A stretch of DNA of 64,000 nt from contig CM119264.1 of NCBI GenBank assembly GCA_051294375.1, positions 25,697,086-25,761,085 of the forward strand. The letters run 5' to 3'. The translations under genes and the position numbers were made by a program. Shown here piece after piece: positions 53,478-64,000 of the stretch (positions within the stretch are counted from its first letter, which is position 1; every line of letters starts with the position of its first letter). The notes below the pieces were generated by a model. That model was not told the DNA's origin and searched no databases. It was given only the letters and a program-made list of their open reading frames with translations. Source of the DNA: Paraspadella gotoi. Its lineage: Eukaryota; Animalia; Chaetognatha.

Positions 53478-53799
53478 CCGCCAGCCGCAATCCATCCCCA
53501 ACGGCCGATGGCCAGCAAATTCTGCGTTCTTCAGCGACATAAAAAAAAAGGAAAGAAAAATATGCTTGCACGACTTTAGCCTTTCGGATTTCTCACCTCC
53601 TCTTCTCATCGTCGTCACGTCGTCCGTGCGTTTTCGTCCATCGTTCGTCAATTTTCGTCGTCTATTCATCTTCTTTTGTCGACGTCTTTGTTCATCATTT
53701 GTCATTTGTCTTTGTCCTCATTGTTTCTATAATTAGTTCAAAAAATTAATATTTTTCTAACACTAAGTTGAAAACAAACCTATTCTCTTTCTCTCTCTC

Positions 53800-53837
<38 letters not shown>

Positions 53838-54227
53838 ACCTCTCTCAACAACTCAAACTAGAGTCGTGATTTCTTGATTTCCTTCCAATTTTCAACCGCC
53901 TTCTAATGACCTTTCCTTTCCCTAAAATACGTTCCACCCAATAACGAGATAGAATTCTTAACCTTTCACCCAACTCTTTTAAATTAAATCTACTGACTCT
54001 CACTCTCGCTCTGCTCAATCTTTAGCCTAATCCACGAAATAACAGTGCCTGACTGACTCGGAACTCGCCCTTACTCTCCACTGGAATACGAAAAAAGGAG
54101 GCGGGGGGGAAAGCGGAAAAAGGAGGGGGGAAAAAAGGGAAAAGATTGTAACTCATGTTTTCTCTATTATATTTTCTCACTGGAGTCTTAAGGAATATGC
54201 GACGAGAGAGGAGAGAGGAGAGAGGAG

Positions 54228-54259
<32 letters not shown>

Positions 54260-56590
54260 TAAGAAAGAGGAGAGAGAAGAGAGAGAGAGAAGTGTGTGAT
54301 TTTAACACTGTTCCTCCAAACTCAATGTTTAAAAACATTTTCACATGACATTAGAATCATCCTTGACAAGGCTTGTTTATCGCGTCAAAGTTGCTTGCGA
54401 TCCGACTCTCCCATGTTTGCTTGCCCTAATTTATGTTTTAAGGTTTCCAGAAACCTTCGGTGAATTCCCGATTGCGAGCTGACTCAGAAATGTTTTTTGT
54501 CTCAGAGTCAAGTGATTGGGCTGATCAGATCTTGGCGATTATAAACCAAAAATTTTGTCACGGTTTTTCTCAAACGTGACTTGTATGATTGTGAAAACTT
54601 TATTTTCCTGAGTTTACAATAATTGATATTCCCTTTACAATGAAAACACCACAAACGACGTTAAAAAAAAATGCGTGAAAAAGGAATAAAAGGAAAATGA
54701 ACAAAAAATATCGACTTTTCGACGAAGAATCAGAAAAAGAAATAGGAAAAAAAAGAAAATAGAAAAAAAAAAGGAAAAGGAAAAAAAAAAGAAGGAGACT
54801 CATTCTCACTGAATCATAGGCGGAGAATTAAAGAGAGAAAAATAAGGAGCATAAAAGAGAGAAAGAAATAAAAGTTGAGTAGAACCCAAAAATCGTGGGG
54901 GAGAGAAAGTGAGTTGAGGCGAGCAAATTGCCATTATCTGGAAATTTGATCCAGTTTCGTGCTGCAAAACACTCCAAAACGAATAATCATTTCAAAAACT
55001 GAGTTACTTATATTGAAGGGAGAGAGAACCAGTTCGTGATTAGGGACATGAAATAAAAACGAAAATTGAACAGGGCAAGAAAAAAATGAAAAAGATTTTA
55101 GTGGAAATTTTTTAAAAGATATACATCTTTATTTTTTATAAGTGACGCCTCATTTCCCGTTTAGAAAAAAACAAGTATATCACAAAGGGATTTTAGGGAA
55201 GGTGAAACTCTTTAAATTTTAAATACAATACAATTATGTCGAATAATAATAAAATTCTATTCAAAGCATTTTTTGTCTTTACTTCTCTATATCTTTTCTA
55301 TTTTTTTAAAATTCATATTTTCTTTCTTTTTCTTTTACTTTTTCCCCTTTCTTATCCTTTTTCTTTTCTGCTCCTTTCCTTTTTCTTTTCCTTTCCTTTC
55401 CTTACCCAGGGTCGTCGATCCTCGAAGGAACAAATCTGATTTCGCGTACAATTCGGGTAGGGATCAAAAGTCTTCACAGATAAGAATTTGATCCAACGCA
55501 AACCCGAATTTGACGTCACTTTCGTAGGCGACGTCGTCCGTCGTCGTGTCGTCGTTTCTCGCCTCTCAGTCGCTTCGATGTTCCATCGTTTGTGGTTTCC
55601 ATAAACAGAAGAATTGAATACAAACGCGACCCCTAAATTCTAGACATCAGTCTCGTCGTCGTCTTTGATCGTATTCATTGTCTTTCGTCTTTGTCATCTT
55701 CTTCGTCTTCGTCTCTTCATTCCGTCTTCGTCCGGTCTTCTTCAAACGGATACTTTTTCCCTTACAATCCTCTTGTGTCGACTTCTCGCTGGCAACAATT
55801 TTTTCAACCAAGTTATGGTCTACTTAAGTTCGGTTTTAAATACCGTCGTAGTTACTCAAGTCGTTAATGATCGGTTCCGCAACCGTTTCTGTCGTCGTCG
55901 TTCGTCGTTATCGAGGTTTTTATCGTCGTTGCATACCGTCTGTCGGTCGTCGTTCTCAGCGTCATTTTTTTTCCGTAGTCATTATTGTTGAGACATGGTC
56001 ACTGAGTTGCATGTTATTTTGTTGGCTTGAATTATTTTGCTATTTGATATTTGCGCTTTCGCTTCAAATCTTTTTTGCAGAAAAATTTAGCCCGCATAGT
56101 GCGCTATAGAAATTTTATCCGCTGCTTAATAAGACCACTTTGAAGTGAGATTGCTGTGCTAGTGAGATTATCTAGTTTTGCTTATTGCAAATTAAAAAGC
56201 TAAGCAAATCACGTGAATTGAAGACGGATCATCTTTGACTACTGCAGGCGAGATACTTTACATCCCTCAAATGAAATGATGATAATATTCTTCTTTATTT
56301 GTCGTTGTTACCTTCGTCGTTTTCGTCATTCCGTCGTGTACTGCGTCGTCTTTGTCGTCTCTTCGTTCTTCTCTTAATCGTCGCCATTGCTCGTCGTCGT
56401 CGTCGTCTTTGTCAACTTCATCATCACGACTCGATCGTCACTTATTTCTGAAACACCTGATCTTTTTCCTCTTTTCAATAAAAATATTAAATCTCTCTTT
56501 CAAACGCTTTCTTCCTTCTCCAACTCAGCCAATCAATATCCGCTCCCCTGACCAACTCCGACACACACAAGCTCCCCACACTACCTTTGC
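50122..56590 (+). repeat. Duplicated segment C, indel-rich copy of 56751-62967
   Basis: Both start agccatgaacgcggcgtgaaagtccgggaataagtaaa and end ccgacacacacaagctccccacact; separated by the 25-N gap at 56726. Confidence 0.93.
52225..52498. repeat. Noisy copy of the 21-bp minisatellite
   Basis: caggtccgacatgggacag units with indels. Confidence 0.85.
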
Positions 56591-56750
56591 GTTCTGCCAC
56601 ACCGATCTTCGGCAACAACTCTCTTTCCTCGTCCGTTAACTTTCTTTTTCGTATTTAATCAAGCGGACTTTACTCTCCGCTACTTCTCCCCTCTCCTTCA
56701 TCTAATCTACTCTCTTGGTGTGTGTNNNNNNNNNNNNNNNNNNNNNNNNN

Positions 56751-57203
56751 AGCCATGAACGCGGCGTGAAAGTCCGGGAATAAGTAAACGGGAGAAACGA
56801 CACTACCAACTCTGTACTCCGACCATCCGCAGCCCTAAAAAANNNNNNNNNNNNNNNNNNNNNNNNNNNNNNNNNNNNNNNNNNNNNNNNNNNNNNNNNN
56901 NNNNNNNNNNNNNNNNNNNNNNNNNNAAGATTTATTCGGATTCCGCCGGCGTCGACTCTCGAAAGGAAGGCGCAATGAGTGAGACAGGAATTCATTTAGA
57001 GATATAAAAGGCGGTTGAAGACGACGACGACGACGACGACGACGAAGACCACGACGAAGACCACGACGACGACGACGACGACGCTTTATCGATATCTCCT
57101 TCCATCTTCGCCGCCAGGACTCATCGTCTCACAACTGGATTCAGGTTCACGAGAAATTAACTCGAAAAGATGGCGTCTCTTTCGCCGCGGCTTTGATATT
57201 GAA

Positions 57204-57276
<73 letters not shown>

Positions 57277-59673
57277 GGCGCATACACTCTCTCTCTTTCT
57301 TTCTCCGACACGCGCGTGCGACTAAGAGAAGGACATTTAAATGGACATAGCGACGCCGTTAGAGGGACGTGAGTGTCGTGAAAGGTCGACGCGAGCGTAA
57401 CGAGTGTAAACAAACAGAGACGCATAAAAAATAGTAATGGCCGACGCTTCGTCCGCTCCAACTCAGACGCTTCGTCCGCTCNNNNNNNNNNNNNNNNNNN
57501 NNNNNNNNNNNNNNNNNNNNNNNNNNNNNNNNNNNNNNNNNNNNNNNNNNNNNNNNNNNNNNNNNNNNNNNNNNNNNNNNNNNNNNNNNNNNNNNNNNNN
57601 NNNNNNNNNNNNNNNNNNNNNNNNNNNNNNNNNNNNNNNNNNNNNNNNNNNNNNNNNNNNNNNNNNNNNNNNNNNNNNNNNNNNNNNNNNNNNNNNNNNN
57701 NNNNNNNNNNNNNNNNNNNNNNNNNNNNNNNNNNNNNNNNNNNNNNNNNNNNNNNNNNNNNNNNNNNNNNNNNNNNNNNNNNNNNNNNNNNNNNNNNNNA
57801 GAAGAAGGAAAGGACGAAGAAGACTTATTACAAAAATCGAAAGAAGGTAAAAAGAAAGAAAAACCAATAATGAGTTACTCGCCTCTCTCCTCATCCTCTG
57901 CCAAAGACTTCACCTCAATTTTGACATCACCCGCCCCATGTGAGAAAGTTATGTTTTTGACTCATCTCTCCTTTGCTCTCTTTCTTCTTTCTTTCTTTCT
58001 CTCTGTCTTTCTTTTTTTCTTCCTCTCTCTTTTTTTCTTTTTTTCTCTTTTTTTTCTTTTTATTCTTTTCTTTTTTTTTGAGTTTCCATCACCAGTTCTT
58101 TTTTTCTTTCTTACCTCATACTCTTTCCTTCTTTCTGTGTCTTCCTTATTCCCCTCACTAAAAAAACCTTTTTTCTCTTTCATTTTTTCCCACTTTTCAT
58201 CAAAGACTTTTCTTAATCGGTCCGTCCTGTCGACTTTCCTTCAATGCAAAAGAAAAAAAAATCAACAGTATCTTGGGATAGAGTTCAACATTAACCATCT
58301 TTAACAGTATCTGAATGATACAGGTTGGAGGGGTTAGAGTCACGATGGCTTACCTCAAGCTTACCTCAATGCTTACCACAAGCATAACTGGCGATCCCTG
58401 TAAACGTTTTCAATTGCATTCTAGAATGAGGATGTTGCTATCGATCGAGTTGCCTTTTTTGCTACTTTTTTAAAGATTTTTCACAACTTTTTAAATATAT
58501 TTTGGGTTCGCATATCTGGTCTTTAGTTCCACATCCATTTGCTTCCATTTCGCCCTTTTCTCCGTCCATTTCCAACCCTAATCTCTTTTCTCGTTTTTCC
58601 TTTTTTTTTTGCAAAGTTGCGATTCTTGCTGTCGAAGTCTTTAGGATTTCGATCCAGAGAAAGATAAAGCTGCATGACCGACGGAACAAATATCGGATGA
58701 AATTTGGTGGCCGACATGTGACAGCGCAGGTCCGACATGGGACAGCGCAGGTCCGACATGGGACAGCGCAGGTCCGACATGGGACAGCGCAGGTCCGACA
58801 TGGGACAGCGCAGGTCCGACATGGGACAGAGCAGGTCCGACATGGGACAGAGCAGGTCCGACATGGGACAGAGCAGGTCCGACATGGGACAGAGCAGGTA
58901 CGACATGGGACAGAGCAGGTCCGACATGGGACAGAGCAGGTCCGATATGGGACAGCGTAGGCTCAACATGGGACAGAGAATGTCCGACACGTAGTAAAAA
59001 GTCTAAATTTAACTTAAATTAAAATTCTGAAAGTGAGGAATGAACAATGTTGTACTAATGAACATTAATGTATGAAAAAATTGTATTATAATTTTTGAAT
59101 TTTTTGCAGGAGGCTATATTTATATATAGTACTAACCCTATAAATGTTACAATTTCAAAATGTTTTTTTATAACATTTTTTTGCAGATTTGGATTAGTCA
59201 AAAAAGTTGATAAAACGAAGTTTAACTCTTTTTTTAAACATTCCTTCATTAAGTTGGTCAAAAATCCAAAAAAATTATGTTTTAAGCTAAAAAGAATTTT
59301 TTTATATTCAATTTAGTTTTTTTATAATTTTTAACTTACTTAATGAAAAAAATTTTAAAAATGAGTTATATTTTCTTAGCTTTTGACGAGAAATTTAAAT
59401 CTGACATAAAAATTAAGAAAAGTCCATTTTAAAAATTTAGTATTTTTAAGGATAGTACTATATATAATGTTCCCTAATGCATGACAAATTGGCATGACTT
59501 GACCTCCATGCCCTCTGAAATGCACGCAATATAAAAATCAGTCATCGACGTCTTTATCTTCAGTCACCTAAAAAAACTGAATCTGACGATATTTCCGACC
59601 ATAAAAAGATTCGGAATGCTCACCCAATGGTGAGGTTCTCTATTTCCTCTCTCTCTCTCTCTCTCTCCTCTCT

Positions 59674-59717
<44 letters not shown>

Positions 59718-59871
59718 ACTCTCTCTCTCTCTCCATTGTTCCAAGGCCAAGTGAGAGAGGGAAACACAACGACATTACTTCGATGCTTTTAATGATTTGA
59801 CGGAATCGCCTCCTGCGATCATTCTCAGCAGAAAGCATAAACCTTTCTCTCTCTCTCCTTCTCTCTCTCTC

Positions 59872-59929
<58 letters not shown>

Positions 59930-60227
59930 GCCAGCCGACCAATCCATCCCAACGCCGATGGCCAGCAAATTCTGCGTTCTTCAGCGACATAAAAAAAAAG
60001 GAAAAAAATGCTTGCACAGACTTTAGCCTTCGGATTTCTCACCTCCTCTTCGTCATCGTCGTCGTCGTCGTCGTTTTCGTCATCGTCGTCATTTTCGTCG
60101 TCTTTCATCTTCTTTGTCGACGTCTTTGTCATCATTGTCATTGTCTTTGTCCTCATGTTCTATAATTATCAAAAATTAATCATTTTTCTAAACTAAGTGA
60201 AACAAACCTATTCTCTTTCTCTCTCTC

Positions 60228-60265
<38 letters not shown>

Positions 60266-62967
60266 ACTCTCTCAACAACTCAAACTAGAGTCGTGATTTC
60301 TTGATTTCCTTCCAATTTTCAACCGCTCTAATTGACCTTTCCTTTCCCTAAAAAACGTCCACCAATAACGAGAGAGAATTCTAACCTCACCCAACTCTTT
60401 AATTTAAATTCGACTGACTCTCACTCTCGCTCTGCTCAATCTTTAGCCTAATCCCGAAATCAGTGCCTGACCTTGACCTCGGAACTTCGCCCTTACTCTC
60501 CACTGGAATACGAAAAAAGGAGGGGGGGGAAAGCGGAAAAAGAGGGGGAAAAAGCGGAAAGATTTAGAACTCATGTTTTCTCTATTATATTTCTCACTGG
60601 AGTCATTAAGGAATATCGAGAGAGAGGAGAAGAGAGAGGAGAAGAGAAGAGAGGAGAGAGAGAGAGAGAGAGGAGATCTGAGAGGAGAGAGAAGAGAAGA
60701 GAGAAAGTGTGTGATTTTAACACTGTTCCTCCAAACTCAATGTTTAAAAACATTTTCACATGACATAGAATCATCCTTTGACAAAGCTTTTTTATCGGGT
60801 CAAAGTTGCTTGCGATCCGACTCTGCCATTTGCTTCCCTAATTTATGTTTAAGGTTTCCAGAAACCTTCGGTGAATTCCCGATGCCGAGTGACCTCGAAA
60901 TGTTTTTGTCTCGAGAGTCAAGTGATTGGCTGATCCAGATCTTTGGCTGATTATAAACCAAAATTTTGTACGGTTTTTTCTCAAACGTGAGCTTGTATGA
61001 TTGTGAAAACTTTATTCCTGAGTTTACAATATTGATATTCCCTTTCAATGAAACACCACAAACCGACGTTAAAAAAAATGGTGAAAAAGGAATAAAAGGA
61101 AAATGACAAAAATATCGACTTTTCGACGAAGAATCAGAAAAAAAGGAAATAGGAAAAAAAAAGGAAATAGAAAAAAAAAGGAAAGGAAAAAAAGAAGGAG
61201 ACTCATTCTCACTGAATCATAGGCGGAGAATTAAAGAGAGAAAAATAAGGAGATAAAAGAGAGAGAAATAAAGTGAGTAGAACGCAAAAAGCGTGGGGGA
61301 GAGAAAGTGAGTTGAGGGAGAAATTGTCATTATCTGGAAATTTGATCCAGTTTCGTGCTGCAGACACTCAAAACGAATAATCATTTCAGAAAGTGAGTTA
61401 CTTATATTGAAGGGAGGAGAACAGTCGTGATTAGGGAATGAAATAAAAACGAAAATTGAACAGGGCAAGAAAAATGAAAAAGATTTTAGTGGAAATTTTT
61501 TAAAAGATATACATCTTTATTTTATAAGTGACGCCTCATTTCCCGTTTAGAAGAAAACAAGTTATCACAAAGGGATTTTAGGGAAGGTGAAACTCTTTAA
61601 ATTTTAATCAATACAATTATGTCGAATAATAATAAATTCTATTCAAAGCATTTTTTTGTCTTTACATCTCTATTTCTTTTCTATTTTTTTAAATTTCATT
61701 ATTTTCTTTCTTTTTTTTTTCTTTTCTTTTTTTTTCCCCTTTTCTTATCCTTTTTCTTTTCTTGCTCCTTTCCTTTTTCTTTTCCTTTCCTTTCCTTACC
61801 CAGGGTCGCGATCCTCGAAGGAAACCAAATCTGATTTCGTACAAATTTCGGTTGGGATCAAAAGTCTTCACAGATAAGAATTGAATCCAACGCAAACCCG
61901 AGATTTGACGTCACTTTCGTAGTCGACGTCGTCGTCGTCGTCGTCGTCGTTTTCGCCTTCTCAGTTCGCTTCGTGTTCATCGTTTGTTGTGGTTTCCATA
62001 AACAGAAGAATTGAATCAAACGCGACCCTAAATTCTGACATCAGTCTCGTCGTCGTCTTTGTCGTATTCATTGTCTTCGTCTTTGTCATCTTCTTCGTCT
62101 TCGTCGTCTTCATCGTCGCGTCCGTCTTCTTCAACGGATACTTTTTCCTTACTCCTCTTGTTGTCGACATCTCGCTGGCAACAATTTTCAACCAAGTTAT
62201 GGTCTACTTAACGTTCGTTTTAAATACCGTCGTAGTTCTCAAGTCGTTAATTGATCGTCGCAACCGTTTCTGTCGTCGTCGTCGTCGTTATCGAGGTTTT
62301 TATCGTCGTTGATACCGTCGTGGTCGTCGTTCTCAGCGTCATTTTTTTCCGTAGTCATTATTGTTGAGACTGTCACTGAGTTGCATGTTATTTTGTTGGC
62401 TTTGAATATTTGCTATTTGATATTTGCTGCTTCGCTTCAAATCTTTTTTGCAGAGAAAATTTGCTGATAGTTGCGCTATAGAAATTTATCGGTGCTTATA
62501 AGAGATATATTAGTGCTTATAAGAGACTTTGAATTTTTTAAACCATTGCTAGTGAGATTTTATCCTAGTTTTGCCATATGCAATTAAAAGCTAGGCAAAT
62601 CACGTGAATTGAAGACGGATTACCTTTGACTACGGCAGGGAGATACTTTACATCCCTCAAATGAAATGATATATTCTTCTTATTTGTCGTTGTACTCTTC
62701 GTCGTTTTCGTCATCGTCGTTGTCTGCGTCGTCTTTGTCGTCCCTGTCGTCTTCATCTTAATCGTCGCCATTGTCGTCGTCGTCGTCGTCTTTGTCAACT
62801 TCATCATCACGACTCGATCGTCACTTTTTCTGAAACACCTGATCTTTTTTCCTCTTTTCAATAAAAATATTTAATCTCTCTTTCAAACGCTTTCTTCCTT
62901 CTCCAACTCCAGCAATCAATATCCGCTCCCCTGACCAACTCCGACACACACAAGCTCCCCACACTCC
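56751..62967 (+). repeat. Duplicated segment C, cleaner copy
   Basis: Colinear with 50122-56590. Confidence 0.93.
58720..58990. repeat. 21-bp minisatellite GACAG[C/A]GCAGGTCCGACATGG, about 13 units
   Basis: Units start at 58720, 58741, 58762 ... 58972; five C-variant units, six A-variant units, then two degenerate units. Confidence 0.97.
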
Positions 62968-63061
62968 NNNNNNNNNNAAAATCTAATTTGCATATTGTAG
63001 TCGTAAATTCGTCGGTTAATGAACGCGGATAGCGCTGCGGATTTCTGGCGTCGACATCGTC

Positions 63062-63112
63062 GACGACGACGATGGCGACGACGATGGCGACGACGATGGC
63101 GACGACGATGAT
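63062..63112. repeat. 12-bp tandem repeat gacgacgatggc, 3-4 units
   Basis: Direct reading. Confidence 0.85.
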
Positions 63113-63561
63113 ATGGACGAAACTGAAACGAATGAATTTGATGGAGATTTTTAAACTCACGTCAAAGTCATCGCTTCGATTATTTATGATATCTAATGAC
63201 ATTTACAATTTAAAAAAAAAAAGAAAATCCTTCGATATCTCTACTTATGTCAAATTATATAAAAATAGGTAAATAGACGCTTTTGTCATGATTTTTGTAG
63301 GAAAAAAATGTATTGAAAATTGAAAATTGTATTTTAACATGATTTGTCGTCAATGTGTCCCGGTCCTGACTTCATTATTTTTCTGACATATTCTCGATTT
63401 ACATTTGACTTAATTAAAATAAAATATTATGAGAAAAAATGAGAAAAAATGAGAAAAAATGCTTTGCAGTGATAATAATTTTGAACAGATATTTTTTGTT
63501 TTTAAAATAAAACGTCATGAACAAGGTTTTCCAAATAAGAAAGCACTTCACTAAAGTAAAG

Positions 63562-63765
63562 GATGACGACGACGAAGATGACGATAAAGCAAACGACAAC
63601 CCTGACAAAAATGACGACGATGACGACGAAGACGACGACGATGACGAGAACGAAAAAAAGGACGATTTTCAAAGTCGACGACGCAAACGACGACGATGAA
63701 GAGGATGACGAAAACGACGACGATGACGACGACGATGAAGAGGACGACGAAAAGAACGACGACTT
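63562..63765. repeat. Degenerate (GAC/GAT)n tract
   Basis: gacgacgatgac mosaic. Confidence 0.85.
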
Positions 63766-64000
63766 CTAAAAAACCGACGAAGTGAACGAAATCGAAGGAA
63801 AACGAAATCGAAGGAAAACGAGTCTCATAACGAAGAAATTACGAAGACAAACGACGCAATCTCGCGTGTGACTTATCGGGTGAGAGGAAAAAACTCACCT
63901 GCTTGAAGGAAAGGGTGAGTTGGGGAAAAAGCTGAATAGAAAGGCTGGAGAAGGACTAGTTGAATTTGATGATGGGGAAGGCAGAGCTGTATTAAAAGGC

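Noticed and set aside
53838-53860. SMRTbell adapter remnant (tctctcaacaac)
   Set aside because: Also present in the cleaner copy at ~60267 and lacks the rest of the adapter
58720-58990. CRISPR-like array
   Set aside because: Units are head-to-tail with no unique spacers, there are no cas genes, and the context is eukaryotic
60720-60950. Complex open frame (FPETFGEFPMPSDLEMFLSRESSDWLIQIFG)
   Set aside because: No recognisable family, begins in a GA repeat, and has no clear exon boundaries

Overview
Eukaryotic, AT-rich, microsatellite-saturated non-coding DNA, with (GA)n, (GAC)n, (GGAAA)n and (CTTT)n tracts and many N gaps. The composition suggests a large invertebrate genome, possibly a crustacean, but this is only an inference. 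No supportable protein-coding gene, rRNA, tRNA or CRISPR array was found; nearly all listed ORFs are translations of simple repeats. More than half of the window is 2-3 near-copies of the same few segments. These sit around four exactly 25-N gaps, and one copy is typically riddled with single-base indels, which points to long-read gap over-filling or a second haplotype. Comparing the copies reveals the main result: a ~4.6 kb insertion (~14835-19410) with ~1.7 kb inverted arms (foldback-type element), absent from two other copies of the site. Its ~1.1 kb spacer starts with a ~250 nt GC-rich island that folds on the + strand into a nested multi-stem structure with a possible pseudoknot, a candidate structured RNA of unknown family. 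All alignments and folds were done by eye, so boundaries are approximate.
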